A stretch of 64,000 nucleotides of DNA, taken from contig CALJHE010000005.1 in the NCBI GenBank assembly GCA_938075675.1, forward strand, positions 71,097 through 135,096. The letters run 5' to 3'. The translations under genes and the position numbers were made by a program. Positions 19,824 through 29,627 of the stretch are shown here, piece by piece; position 1 is the first letter of the stretch, and every line of letters starts with the position of its first letter. The DNA comes from Candidatus Poseidoniaceae archaeon (GTDB lineage Archaea; Thermoplasmatota; Poseidoniia; Poseidoniales; Poseidoniaceae). The notes beneath the pieces were generated by a model. The model ran no database searches. It worked only from the letters and a program-made list of their open reading frames with translations, and had not been told where the DNA came from.

Positions 19824-19894
19824 GCTTCTAATCCCTCCGAAGAGGGAAAAGAAGCGGCGACCCTTGCGGGAACAAACTTACATCAGCAAGTTTG
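19824..19894 (-). terminator. Three-hairpin structured element between convergent genes (MC1 3' region)
   Basis: Minus strand: CAAACTTGC-TGAT-GTAAGTTTG; CCC-GCAA-GGG; GCTTCT-TT-TCCCTC-TTCG-GAGGGA-TT-AGAAGC. Function inferred only. Confidence 0.5.
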
Positions 19895-19921
19895 GAAAAC
19901 ATACAGAAGTTAAATCAGAAC

Positions 19922-20185
19922 TCAAAGGTGTTCGATTCCGGACTTCTTGACGTTGGCCTTCTTGATCTTGTCAGGAAGCCAAGCTGGTCCATTAGCTGGC
20001 TTGTCAACCATGCTAATACTGCCGGTGAAGACGTGGACACGCTTGGTGCCACGCTCACGTAGGCGTATGTTCGTGTGTCCGCGGGTTGCAGCTTTGAGGG
20101 CTGCGCCGCGTGGTTGTTTGCTAGCAAAAACCTGGCTCGTATCTTTTCCGTTCTCCATGAGAACAAAGTATTTTTTATCAGACAT
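19922..20185 (-). CDS. Non-histone chromosomal protein MC1
   Basis: QPRGAALKAATRG, IRLRERGTKRVHVF, PAWLP and KANVKK motifs; GGAGG RBS. Confidence 0.92.
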   Translation of the reverse strand: MSDKKYFVLMENGKDTSQVFASKQPRGAALKAATRGHTNIRLRERGTKRVHVFTGSISMVDKPANGPAWLPDKIKKANVKKSGIEHL

Positions 20186-20201
20186 TTTGGATTTCCTCCG
20201 G

Positions 20202-20227
20202 TAACTGACAGTTAAGTAGGGTATATA
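20202..20227 (-). promoter_or_regulatory. Putative MC1 promoter (TATATA) with downstream palindrome TAACTG-A-CAGTTA
   Basis: TATATA at 20222-20227 preceded on the minus strand by GGGGAAA; perfect 6-bp inverted repeat at 20202-20214. Confidence 0.5.
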
Positions 20228-20362
20228 GTATTTCCCCCGTTAAAACGCCATACTGCGCCATATAAGCGACGCAGTGCCCCGTTCCGAAGGCGATTTTAAC
20301 GCCATCAAGCCTCAGTACAACGGTTGTAAAAAAGTGCAAAATGATGGAGAAAGATTCGAGAT

Positions 20363-20596
20363 TTACAATTCTGCTCCAGCAAGAGTTTTCGTATCAATAA
20401 TACCGGGAATCTGACGAATAGATTCAACAACCGATTGTGCGATGACTGCAAGACTCTCAGCAACGAGTTTGACGATAAGGTCATGATCTCCAAACAAGAG
20501 AGTAGCATCATCAACATTCGGCATATCTTTCACCGCCAAGTAAACTTCGTGCTCTTTACCAGGTGCGACGTTAATCAGGACATATCCTACTGCCAT
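20363..20596 (-). CDS. Stand-alone Lrp/AsnC ligand-binding (RAM) domain protein
   Basis: GYVLINVAPG...LFGDHDLIVK...IRQIPGIIDTKT; 77 aa with no HTH. Confidence 0.88.
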   Translation of the reverse strand: MAVGYVLINVAPGKEHEVYLAVKDMPNVDDATLLFGDHDLIVKLVAESLAVIAQSVVESIRQIPGIIDTKTLAGAEL

Positions 20597-20644
20597 TGCA
20601 ATCGTGCCTACCAGATGCTCAAAGCACATCAACTCTTCTCCGTA

Positions 20645-23600
20645 TCACTGCTGTGAGTCAAGAAGTTCCAGTTGTCCATCGGTGAATTCCATCCATTTGG
20701 GCAGTGTCCAGCCACTCGGCATTTCACCCTCAAGCCAAACTCGGTACTGTTCGCGACTCCAACCTGCAGGCAATTGAAGGGCTGGAGAGCCTTCAATTGG
20801 CTGTTCTTGAATCCCCTCATCCGAGCCCTCAGTTTCAACTTGCCACAGGGGCGTGTCTACTCCTTTCTGCTTTCGTCGCCAAAGGACGGTGGTAGCAAGA
20901 AGGACGACCAGCAGGATTGCACCTCCGAACAGCAACGGCGTAGACAACGAACGTACATCTTCAGATTCATTAGCAGCTACGGTTTGATTGCAATCCAGAC
21001 ATGGAGGTTCGGGTTTGAGCGTAATACTAAATTCAGAACGATTCGATTGCGACCATGAGTCGGTGCATGTTGTAGATACGAGGAGCGTTGCATTACTGAG
21101 TGCTCCAGTGGTTGGGTACTGAAATTGTATTGAGGCAGAGGTAGGAGATTGGGGAACCAGAGAAACCTGTAATTCTGCGAGCATGGTATTGTTTTGATAG
21201 ATCTGGGCCATGCATTCAATATCATCCGTTCCATCTTGGTCGACAACTGTACCCGTAATGGAAAGAAGTTCACCCGCTGATTTGTTTTCCAATACCTCAA
21301 CCGTGGTTTGTGGCATTGCATGATAAAACGGTACTTCGAGATTGAAGGAACGAACGAGACCATCGATATCACGCGCTGTGAACAGGACTTGCCCTTCACC
21401 ATCAATGAAGGTCCCATCAAGTCGCAATCGGAATTTGTAAAGAGAATCCAAATCTTGGAAATCGGGGAACGATGCGCAGGAAGAAATCGAGGTACTGTTG
21501 GGAGCGACAGAACCGAGAGATGGCGCATCAACAGACCATCCCAACTGTGACAATGTCGCTTGAAGTCTATCGATTGGACGTTCCGACTGCAAGTGAACCA
21601 GCATGTAGCCAGTCTGTCCAAATCGCAACGAATCGATGGACCCTGTTTCATCGCACAGGTGTGCAGCGACTACGATTGGCGTTGTCAAGAGCAACGGCAA
21701 TTCAAACTGTTGGGTGAACGCTGAACCGTGCCGACCAGTCATGTCCAAAGTCAAACTCAATTCACCGGTTTCCAAAGGAACGGACAGCGATGGAAGTTCA
21801 ATCAAAACGGGATTACGAATATCAGAAGCATCAACCGGGATTGTTGTTCGCTCAGCTCCTGGCCAATCGATGTGTAAGTCTCCAGTGGCAGAAGAAAGCG
21901 GGTCATCGGTATCGATAAACACAATGTGAGCATATTCCTCTCCGCCTCCTCGTACGCTGTCCAATGCATTGCCATCCTTATCAACGACCTCAATGGCCGC
22001 AGAAGGCGCTCTGTCTCCAACCGATATGATTCGCGAGTTCAGCAGCAGACCGGACGAATCACGGACTTCAAAAGTCACGTCAATGAGCGCAGTGTTGACT
22101 TCACGCAGATATTCACCAACATAGCAATGGTGGGTGTTATCGGCTTGTTGCTCGTAACTCATGTTACCAAGAAGACCTGCTGATGCAAGAAGTGTCGGTT
22201 GCTGTGTGGTTCGATTAAAGTCTGCATCAAGGGCACAAATTCTCCAATTCACCGTTTCGCCTCGATACATCATACCTTGCGGCTGATAGGGGAGTTGATT
22301 GATTCCTGACCAAGTCGGAGAATCTACACCGCTGATGTGTGGTCCAAACCATTGAGCTTGTGCATCCACAATAATGGCCACCGATGCGTCGAGCAAATGC
22401 CCTTGCTGCATACTGATATCATGGGCTGTCGCTCGCAAAACCAAAGTCCCCAAGGAGAGTGAGGCTGGAAGAGTAATCGAAGCCTGCCAGCGAAGTGTGT
22501 CGATACGCCCGGTTGCTTGTGAGAACCACTCAAGGTTGGAAAGATCTGTCGTATTCGTGGCTACAGACCATTCCAAGTCAACAGATGTAACATTGACATC
22601 GTCGGATGCTTCGATGGTACAGATGAAGTTATCACCACGCGCATACACTTGTGAGTCACAATAGACGCTCTCGACGACTGGAGGGGCGTTTACCCAGATC
22701 CGCAGCGTGACGAGGTTGTTGCTCACATTCCGTTCATAAGACCCGTTGCTGGCGTTTGAATAGCGGATTCGTAAATCCATCCATCCCGTCTTTTCAGGAA
22801 TAACGGTCAGATTGTACAGAATCCTTGAACCGCTCATATCTCCTGCTGGAAGCGAAATGTTCCCGTTGTAGAGTTCGATGTTACCTTGAATATCTTGTAC
22901 CAAAAGCGAACCATTCGAACCAGACATGCCTCGATTCTCAAGAGCAAGTTGTATGTGAGATGGCTGCATGTAAGAGGGGTTGCCGAGTTGCCGAGCACCA
23001 AATATGTTGATGTCGTGATGGAGATCAGCATAGGGTGCCATTTTTGGGTCGCCAACGGTAACGCCCATCCAACTTGTCTGTAAATTCGCAGCAGCATGAG
23101 CTTCAGCCAAATTAAATCCTTGAGCATACAAACTCAGTAGTGTACTTGGTGAGCCAACAGCGGTCAAGTATGGTTCGTAGACATATCCCTTGACGCCGGA
23201 GACTCCATCCTCCAACAAATCAGCGATGAGAGATTGCCCGTATGCGGTATTGGCGTCGAAAGAGCGACCTCCTGTTGAAACGGCTGTTTCAGCAATAGAA
23301 CCGTTGACCCAAGAATTGTGGGGGAGAATTGGATGCAAGTTCATAGTATCGAGATAGACTGAACCGTCGGTCGATGTTGCTACAATGTCAAGTGGGACTC
23401 GAACACGCATCGTGACTGTATCGACTGGTGGGCGGAATCGCATTGTTTGTGATTCCCATGATGGTGCAAAAATCTTCGATTGAGACTGATTGCTGGCGAG
23501 GAGTGTCCCGTTTGTATCGAACGAATCAATCTCGATTGTGAAATCTCCATAAACATCACCAGTCCGTTGGCCATAGACCGAGATTAGCCATGCGTGGTCC

Positions 23601-25900
23601 TTCAAATCAGCCGGTAGCACGTATGTTTGTTCAATTGATGCCACGGATTGTCCAGTTCCGGAATAGGCCGAACAGTCACGATAAATATCACGGTGAAGCG
23701 TGGTGATTTCGTGATCTTGCAACGCCACATCCCATACCATGACGTTGTCAATCATGCCTTCGAAGAATGAGGTGCCCGCACGATTAACACCGAGTTTGTA
23801 CAGGTCAATGTTGTTCAATGCACCAGAAGGATACGTGGTTGAACGAACCAGCACTCCATCGAGGTATTGCCTAGCCGTGGCGCCCTCAAAAACAGTGGCC
23901 AAGTGAGTCCACTCCTGTGCTTGAACTGCACCAAAAGTTTGCGATTGGTTCGTATGCAGTTTCCATTCACCGTTCACAACAGCGTGCTGGAACGAACCGT
24001 TCGAACCTGCAGCATTATCAACGGCAAAAACAGATGCATAGGTCGGTAAGGAGGAAGTATTGGCCCAAACCCACTGGCTGACGGTAAAATTACCACCCCA
24101 GTCATCGACGTCGACATCAATGTAATCGTCGATACCGTCGTACCAGAGACAAGAGCCATCGACGCACGTTTTCCAGTTACTGGAGTCCATGTTATTGAGT
24201 GTGAACGAGGTACTCGAGTTCACGGAATCTTGAGCAAGGCTTCCACTGCCGTCCTCAAAATCCCAATGATGGATAAGATTAGCTTCCGAAGGAATGTATG
24301 AATCGGACAGCGAGAAGGCTGAGGATGGAATAAGCGATTTACTTTGATTCGGGCCTTCCCATGAAAGTTGCAAGCCGTGTGGCCCGCCGCCTTGGAAGAA
24401 CTCAACCTTGAAGTCATGCTTTCCTGCATCAAGTTGGATGTACTGAGAAATCTCTCTCATTCCGTGTGAACCGTAATTGGTGACCAAACTTTGTCCATCC
24501 AGCCATAGTTCCGAACCATCATCGGATGTCAGATAGAAGGTCCAATTGCCTGTTTCCGGCACTTCGATAAGACCACTAAATCGAGCACCCCAATCGTTTT
24601 GAAAGCGATTATCGAGTCCGGCATAAGCCTGCGATGAGGATGAATATTGCAACGATGACTCGAGCCTCACGTGGTCGGGTACACGGTCAATAAGCGTCGG
24701 CATAGATGAGGTGCTGAAACTCACTCCGTTGTTGTCAAAGAATTCAGCAAGTATGCCTTGCGTACCGTTCCCAGGTTCTTGAGTGCAAACCGCAGAGATG
24801 GATGCCTCCAAGGCATTGTTACCGTCTCTCTTGACATCGGATTGCGTACTCCACTCAAAGGTATCACCTGATGAAAGCGTGGGCAAGGTCGCATTCCAAT
24901 ACCGCGCTCCGCTGGAATACGTCGCATCTGCAGTATTGAATCCGGAATTTGGCAGTTTGTTTTCGTTCCAATTACCGTCGTTGGAACCCCATGAAGCATA
25001 GCCCATCACATTGGAAACATTGGTCATGAACTGAGTTGTATCATCAAATACTGTGTCTAAACCCATGCTTCCATTCAATACTCCATCTGCAGTGTAGAGG
25101 TCATCGTTCCAGAACTTGTAACCCGAACCGTTGCGATTGGTTGCCAAGTCAAGTGCAAACACGCCCCGTTCTCCAAGGCTGTTGTTTGCTTTTTCAATCA
25201 AACCTAAAGCGGTTTCAACGGTGTATCCAGTGAGCCGGGTCATCAAGAAAAAACCGTACTGGTCACGCGAAAACGCTTCCATTTGACTTCCTGCCAAAGG
25301 ACCGTACCCGTGTTCGACCCAGTAATCTGAACCAATGCTGGAGGAAAGACTGCCACCCAACAATGAAAATTCTTGGTCAAAACTTGCTTTGTTGTTCCCA
25401 CCGCTGATCCGCAAAGGTGTACCTTTGGTTGAAACGAGATAATTCAGTTCTGTTTCCGAAGAACGATTGGCGAGCATTTCCAAAAAAGGGTCAGCGAAAT
25501 ACTGGTCAAACTGATCCCTGTTGATGGTTTCTTTCGTTGGTGCACTCGAATTATTGAAAATAAAGATGTTCTCTTCGGGAATGTTACGAGCTTCGATAAA
25601 AGCCCAGCCGATGGTTCGGCTTGCTTCTGAGTTGTTGTTGATGAGAACGCCGACATCAGAGTAGTCATAGACGGTGAGAAAGTCAAACCCTCCAGGTTGA
25701 GCAATGTCAAACCAAGGCGTTTGATTCCAAACATCGTCATTCGAGTCGCTAAAAAACCCAGTAAATGCATCATGAAGAGGTCGAGAATGGTTGGAATCAA
25801 CCGTTGAATCACCGGTTATGGAGTGCGTCAATAATGGCGAAGAAGCGCTGCCAATCAAGAACAGCAAAGTCATCAGAAGACTCGAAAACCTCCTGTCCAT
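20645..25900 (-). CDS. Large membrane-anchored surface protein: TIGR03790-like domain with PA14, LamG and Ig-like modules
   Basis: Signal peptide. MTRLTG, GYASWGSND and QSLIADLLEDGVSGVKGYVYEPYL...GDP (TIGR03790-like); SDDGSELWLDG (PA14); WTHLA...YLDG...GMIDNVMVW (LamG). C-terminal TM followed by RRK. Confidence 0.82.
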   Translation of the reverse strand: MDRRFSSLLMTLLFLIGSASSPLLTHSITGDSTVDSNHSRPLHDAFTGFFSDSNDDVWNQTPWFDIAQPGGFDFLTVYDYSDVGVLINNNSEASRTIGWAFIEARNIPEENIFIFNNSSAPTKETINRDQFDQYFADPFLEMLANRSSETELNYLVSTKGTPLRISGGNNKASFDQEFSLLGGSLSSSIGSDYWVEHGYGPLAGSQMEAFSRDQYGFFLMTRLTGYTVETALGLIEKANNSLGERGVFALDLATNRNGSGYKFWNDDLYTADGVLNGSMGLDTVFDDTTQFMTNVSNVMGYASWGSNDGNWNENKLPNSGFNTADATYSSGARYWNATLPTLSSGDTFEWSTQSDVKRDGNNALEASISAVCTQEPGNGTQGILAEFFDNNGVSFSTSSMPTLIDRVPDHVRLESSLQYSSSSQAYAGLDNRFQNDWGARFSGLIEVPETGNWTFYLTSDDGSELWLDGQSLVTNYGSHGMREISQYIQLDAGKHDFKVEFFQGGGPHGLQLSWEGPNQSKSLIPSSAFSLSDSYIPSEANLIHHWDFEDGSGSLAQDSVNSSTSFTLNNMDSSNWKTCVDGSCLWYDGIDDYIDVDVDDWGGNFTVSQWVWANTSSLPTYASVFAVDNAAGSNGSFQHAVVNGEWKLHTNQSQTFGAVQAQEWTHLATVFEGATARQYLDGVLVRSTTYPSGALNNIDLYKLGVNRAGTSFFEGMIDNVMVWDVALQDHEITTLHRDIYRDCSAYSGTGQSVASIEQTYVLPADLKDHAWLISVYGQRTGDVYGDFTIEIDSFDTNGTLLASNQSQSKIFAPSWESQTMRFRPPVDTVTMRVRVPLDIVATSTDGSVYLDTMNLHPILPHNSWVNGSIAETAVSTGGRSFDANTAYGQSLIADLLEDGVSGVKGYVYEPYLTAVGSPSTLLSLYAQGFNLAEAHAAANLQTSWMGVTVGDPKMAPYADLHHDINIFGARQLGNPSYMQPSHIQLALENRGMSGSNGSLLVQDIQGNIELYNGNISLPAGDMSGSRILYNLTVIPEKTGWMDLRIRYSNASNGSYERNVSNNLVTLRIWVNAPPVVESVYCDSQVYARGDNFICTIEASDDVNVTSVDLEWSVATNTTDLSNLEWFSQATGRIDTLRWQASITLPASLSLGTLVLRATAHDISMQQGHLLDASVAIIVDAQAQWFGPHISGVDSPTWSGINQLPYQPQGMMYRGETVNWRICALDADFNRTTQQPTLLASAGLLGNMSYEQQADNTHHCYVGEYLREVNTALIDVTFEVRDSSGLLLNSRIISVGDRAPSAAIEVVDKDGNALDSVRGGGEEYAHIVFIDTDDPLSSATGDLHIDWPGAERTTIPVDASDIRNPVLIELPSLSVPLETGELSLTLDMTGRHGSAFTQQFELPLLLTTPIVVAAHLCDETGSIDSLRFGQTGYMLVHLQSERPIDRLQATLSQLGWSVDAPSLGSVAPNSTSISSCASFPDFQDLDSLYKFRLRLDGTFIDGEGQVLFTARDIDGLVRSFNLEVPFYHAMPQTTVEVLENKSAGELLSITGTVVDQDGTDDIECMAQIYQNNTMLAELQVSLVPQSPTSASIQFQYPTTGALSNATLLVSTTCTDSWSQSNRSEFSITLKPEPPCLDCNQTVAANESEDVRSLSTPLLFGGAILLVVLLATTVLWRRKQKGVDTPLWQVETEGSDEGIQEQPIEGSPALQLPAGWSREQYRVWLEGEMPSGWTLPKWMEFTDGQLELLDSQQ

Positions 25901-26055
25901 GCCATGGTGTACGAGTAATAGCGTTTAGAAATGCCGCCATTAAGTCACTGCGGCGAAGAATATTGTTGAGAGTCGGCTATCGTAAAAATCTCAAAATCAA
26001 AGGTTTTCATGATTTAACTGCGAACTTGATAAGTAAGGTGGCCTCTCTTGACTGG

Positions 26056-26685
26056 ATGATGGCAGAACTCTACATGGCTCGGACATGCAAATGGGGAACT
26101 CTTCGCGTCGTTGGTGGGGATGTATGGAACCACAGCGGAGATGTATTGATTACACCTGCGAACAACAGACTCTCCGGAAGAGAAGGTCTTGATGCTCAAA
26201 TCCACGCAAAAGCAGGCGAAGAACTCACTCAAGTTACGCGCAATATTTGCTTGGAAATGCGTAAAATTAACGCTCCACCGTGTGCAGTAACACAAAACGT
26301 AGTTACCGAACCTTTCGCTCTTTCATCCAACTACAAGCACATCATTCACGTCGTCGGACCGGACTGCCGACGACCAAACCAAGACGAAGCACGGAGAACT
26401 CTGCTCCCAGAAACCTACCAAAACCTGTTTGCTACGCTCGCAGAATTGGACGATGTGAAAACGATTGTCTCACCTCCACTCTCCATGGGTATCTTTGCAT
26501 ACCCGCATCGAGAAGGTGCACGACTGACTTTGGAAATCCTCCTTGGCGTCCTTGACGGCGAAGAAGATCCCGGCATCTCAGAGTATACAATCGTCGTAAA
26601 AGAAAGAAATTTCATCAACAACATGCGAATTGTCTACAGAGAAACAGAAGACCAACTTCCAGGTTACGACACTACATCTGCTTGA
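26056..26685 (+). CDS. Macrodomain (ADP-ribose binding/hydrolase) protein
   Basis: GD...PANNRLSGREGLDAQIH, HIIHVVGP and PPLSMGIFAYP. Confidence 0.87.
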   Translation: MMAELYMARTCKWGTLRVVGGDVWNHSGDVLITPANNRLSGREGLDAQIHAKAGEELTQVTRNICLEMRKINAPPCAVTQNVVTEPFALSSNYKHIIHVVGPDCRRPNQDEARRTLLPETYQNLFATLAELDDVKTIVSPPLSMGIFAYPHREGARLTLEILLGVLDGEEDPGISEYTIVVKERNFINNMRIVYRETEDQLPGYDTTSA

Positions 26686-26695
26686 GGCGAAGGCA

Positions 26696-27544
26696 ATGGT
26701 CGACCTCGCAGCGATGGTCACCAGCACGCTAAGCAGCGAACGCCGCACATTCCAGTCGGTCCTAATGCTAGCGAACAGTGTTCGTAAAGTGAAGATGGTG
26801 GCTGAAGTTCTGCCGAAAGAACTTGATTTGAAAGTACTTTCAAGTCAAAACCGTGTCGTTGAAGCGCTCCACGAAGCAGGCATCGAAAGTTCACTGCTTG
26901 AAGAGAGTCTGAGTTCACAAGGCCTTGGCGTACTCAATCACATGCACGATTTAGTCCTCCAAGCGATTGGAGAAGGCAACCTGGCCAGTGGAGAACGTTT
27001 GCTCGTGGTCTTGGCTGAACCCCTTGATGGCGTCATAGTCGTGGATACATCGAACCTCAACTCAAACCGATTTGCAAGCATAGCCCAAGAGTACAGTATG
27101 GACTTGGAAGTCCTCACTAAAATGATGCATTTAGCTCGACACATCGGTTCAAGAGGGCGTGAAGGTCATGCCATCGGCGCTTTGTTCGCTCTTGGGCCGT
27201 TACCAGCTCTACGAAAACATACAACTGCGTTAGTTCTCAACCCGTTCAAAGGCCATCCGCCTGAAAAGAGAAGCATTCTCGATGAAGCAAATCATGAGAC
27301 CCTTGCTGAATTCGCATGGCTCGATGGAGCCATCCTGTTCAACCGCGAAGGGATTGCAAGTGACGCTGGGCGTTACATCCAGGTTCCAGCAGGTATTACG
27401 CCGAAGCCTGGCGAAGGCGGTCGGCATTTAGCCGCACGGGCGATATCACAACTTGTCGAAGGAATCGCAGTGTGTGTTTCATCCTCCGGTTCAATAACAA
27501 TGTATGCGAACGGTAGAAACCGATACCGTGTCAAGTTGAATTAA
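26696..27544 (+). CDS. dacZ: Diadenylate cyclase, archaeal DacZ type
   Basis: REGHAIGALF, NPFKGH, LDGA catalytic motif, GGRHLAARAIS and VSSSG (DisA_N domain), plus an N-terminal regulatory domain. Confidence 0.85.
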   Translation: MVDLAAMVTSTLSSERRTFQSVLMLANSVRKVKMVAEVLPKELDLKVLSSQNRVVEALHEAGIESSLLEESLSSQGLGVLNHMHDLVLQAIGEGNLASGERLLVVLAEPLDGVIVVDTSNLNSNRFASIAQEYSMDLEVLTKMMHLARHIGSRGREGHAIGALFALGPLPALRKHTTALVLNPFKGHPPEKRSILDEANHETLAEFAWLDGAILFNREGIASDAGRYIQVPAGITPKPGEGGRHLAARAISQLVEGIAVCVSSSGSITMYANGRNRYRVKLN

Positions 27545-28087
27545 TTATTCGGATTCATCGGTACGAACACGAGAATCAAGATTGCGTTCAACCGAACCTA
27601 AACTGGCACTGGTCGCCAGGAAATCCATCCGTACTGCATCAAGATTAGAGTGGTTAAGGTTACGCTCGATACTCATCTTGGTTCGATTGATTGAAGCGAT
27701 TCGTTGAGTTCTGTCTTTCGGCCGCAGTACATCTCCTCGCTGACTCATGAGCCATTCTTCCAAAAGCGCTTGACCCCATTCTGGTGCTCGCAAACGAGCT
27801 GCCAAGTGAATTTCCAATTGTCGGTGACGGAAACGAACTCGACCGTCTGCGGTTCGGAACGCCTGTATTGAGCCTGGGTTCCAACGATCAAGAGGAATCT
27901 GTAGGTGCTCTTTACATTCAAGGGAACCGTCGTTCTCTATAACAAAATCTGCAATCAAGACACTTCGATTGAGTCGCATGAATACTTGGGCCATGTCCTC
28001 ATCAGTATGCCATTCAGAAATTGCTTGCGGAAGTTGCCCCCACTCATGTTCACACCATCTTTCGAGGGCTGGCCTGTACGACTCCAT
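27545..28087 (-). CDS. Hypothetical protein
   Basis: 180-aa ORF filling the gap between dacZ and the M50 gene; promoter-like box at -29. Confidence 0.65.
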   Translation of the reverse strand: MESYRPALERWCEHEWGQLPQAISEWHTDEDMAQVFMRLNRSVLIADFVIENDGSLECKEHLQIPLDRWNPGSIQAFRTADGRVRFRHRQLEIHLAARLRAPEWGQALLEEWLMSQRGDVLRPKDRTQRIASINRTKMSIERNLNHSNLDAVRMDFLATSASLGSVERNLDSRVRTDESE

Positions 28088-28169
28088 GTGAATCGCTCAT
28101 GGCGAACCATCATCAAGTTTGTTGAGAGAACCTGTCAAGATTCAAGGAGAAGGAGCGTTTGGCTTGTAC

Positions 28170-29627
28170 ATGGATGGTGCATGGGGGTCAGTCGAAGCAG
28201 ACTGGAAAGTCGTCGTTGTGCTTATTGTCGCATGGTATATCCTGCTCCGCATATGGGAGAAAAACGGTACTCTCGACCGGTGGGATGCTTCGCGTGTGTT
28301 CGGAGTCGTGCTCATGGTTCGAAGTAACCGTGGTTTGAAAACGCTCGACAAAATAGCAAAACCCCGGAGATTTTGGAGAATTTACGGTGAAGTGGCGCTA
28401 TGGGTCTGCCTGTTCTCAATGTTTTTCGTAGCCATTGGCATGCTTTTGGCGTTCATCACTTCTGTGCTTAATCCACCTACTGCTGCACCTCCTACTGCGA
28501 GTGAACTCGTTGCCATTCCAGGGCTCAATCCAATGATTCCGTTAGGATGGGGTGCAATGGCGTTCATCATCGCTCTAGTCATCCATGAATTCGGTCACGG
28601 CCTCTTAGCCCGAGCACACGGTATGAGAATCCGTGCGTTCGGACTGCTGCAACTCGGTCCACTGCCGCTGGGTGCCTTTGCAGAACCCCAGTATCAAGAA
28701 CTCCACAAAGCCCCCCGAAAGGAGAGGATGCGGATGTTTGCTGCTGGACCTGCAACCAACTTGTTCGCTGCTTTTGTTTGTTTGATGTTGTTGGGCGGTC
28801 TTGCTGCAAACTTCACTTCATCGAACATGAACCCTCACGTTCAAGGTATTGTGAAAGATTCTGGCGCAGATCAAGCAGGTTTGCAGCCGTGGGACACCAT
28901 TCTACGGATTGATGATGTTGAGATTAGCGGTATTGAAGGATTCCAAACAGTCATGGCTGGTTACTCAGCGAACGAAACCATTCTCGTCGATGTGCTGCAT
29001 GAAAACGGAGGCGAAGAGACCATTGAGATTCTCCTTACTGACAAATACCAATATTACATCGAACTGGGATGGAATGAAGAAATCCTCGAGGCTCAAAACA
29101 TCGAGGAAGGAGACGCATTTGTCGGCGTGGTTGGCATTAGCGAGGGAACTCAAGGCATTGACCGCTTAGCAGGGCCGCTTGGCCCACGGTTTGATGGAGG
29201 CATTGGAGTCCGTATCCTCTACACGCCGTTCCACATTCTCAACATGATGATTGTACCCTTTGAATTGCAAGGCGTATCCATGCACCCAATGGAGGAAGGC
29301 ATGCTTTCTCCATCGGATAATTTCCTCGGAGACACATTGGGGATTAGCGGATTACTCTTCATGGTCAACTTCTTCTTTTGGTTGATGTGGGTAAATATTT
29401 TGCTTGGCTTCACCAATCTCATCCCCATGGTGCCGTTCGATGGAGGCCACTTGTTCAAAGACTGGTTGCGAGGTACGCTCAATCGCGTTCAACGGATTGG
29501 AAAGAAAACAAAGTTATGGAAAATACACCCAATGTGGGTCGACCATATCTCGAACAAAGCATCAAGCCTTTCCTCGGTTGCTTTGTTGATGATGCTGCTT
29601 TTCGTACTCCTCGTACCGTATTTCTAA
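28170..29627 (+). CDS. Site-2 protease (M50) with PDZ domain
   Basis: HEFGH, AGPATN and NLIPMVPFDGG; PDZ-like SGADQAGLQPWDTI. Confidence 0.92.
   Translation: MDGAWGSVEADWKVVVVLIVAWYILLRIWEKNGTLDRWDASRVFGVVLMVRSNRGLKTLDKIAKPRRFWRIYGEVALWVCLFSMFFVAIGMLLAFITSVLNPPTAAPPTASELVAIPGLNPMIPLGWGAMAFIIALVIHEFGHGLLARAHGMRIRAFGLLQLGPLPLGAFAEPQYQELHKAPRKERMRMFAAGPATNLFAAFVCLMLLGGLAANFTSSNMNPHVQGIVKDSGADQAGLQPWDTILRIDDVEISGIEGFQTVMAGYSANETILVDVLHENGGEETIEILLTDKYQYYIELGWNEEILEAQNIEEGDAFVGVVGISEGTQGIDRLAGPLGPRFDGGIGVRILYTPFHILNMMIVPFELQGVSMHPMEEGMLSPSDNFLGDTLGISGLLFMVNFFFWLMWVNILLGFTNLIPMVPFDGGHLFKDWLRGTLNRVQRIGKKTKLWKIHPMWVDHISNKASSLSSVALLMMLLFVLLVPYF

Noticed and set aside
25765-26055. N-terminal extension of the macrodomain ORF
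   Set aside because: It overlaps the divergent gene start and intergenic DNA; the promoter-like box supports ATG 26056.
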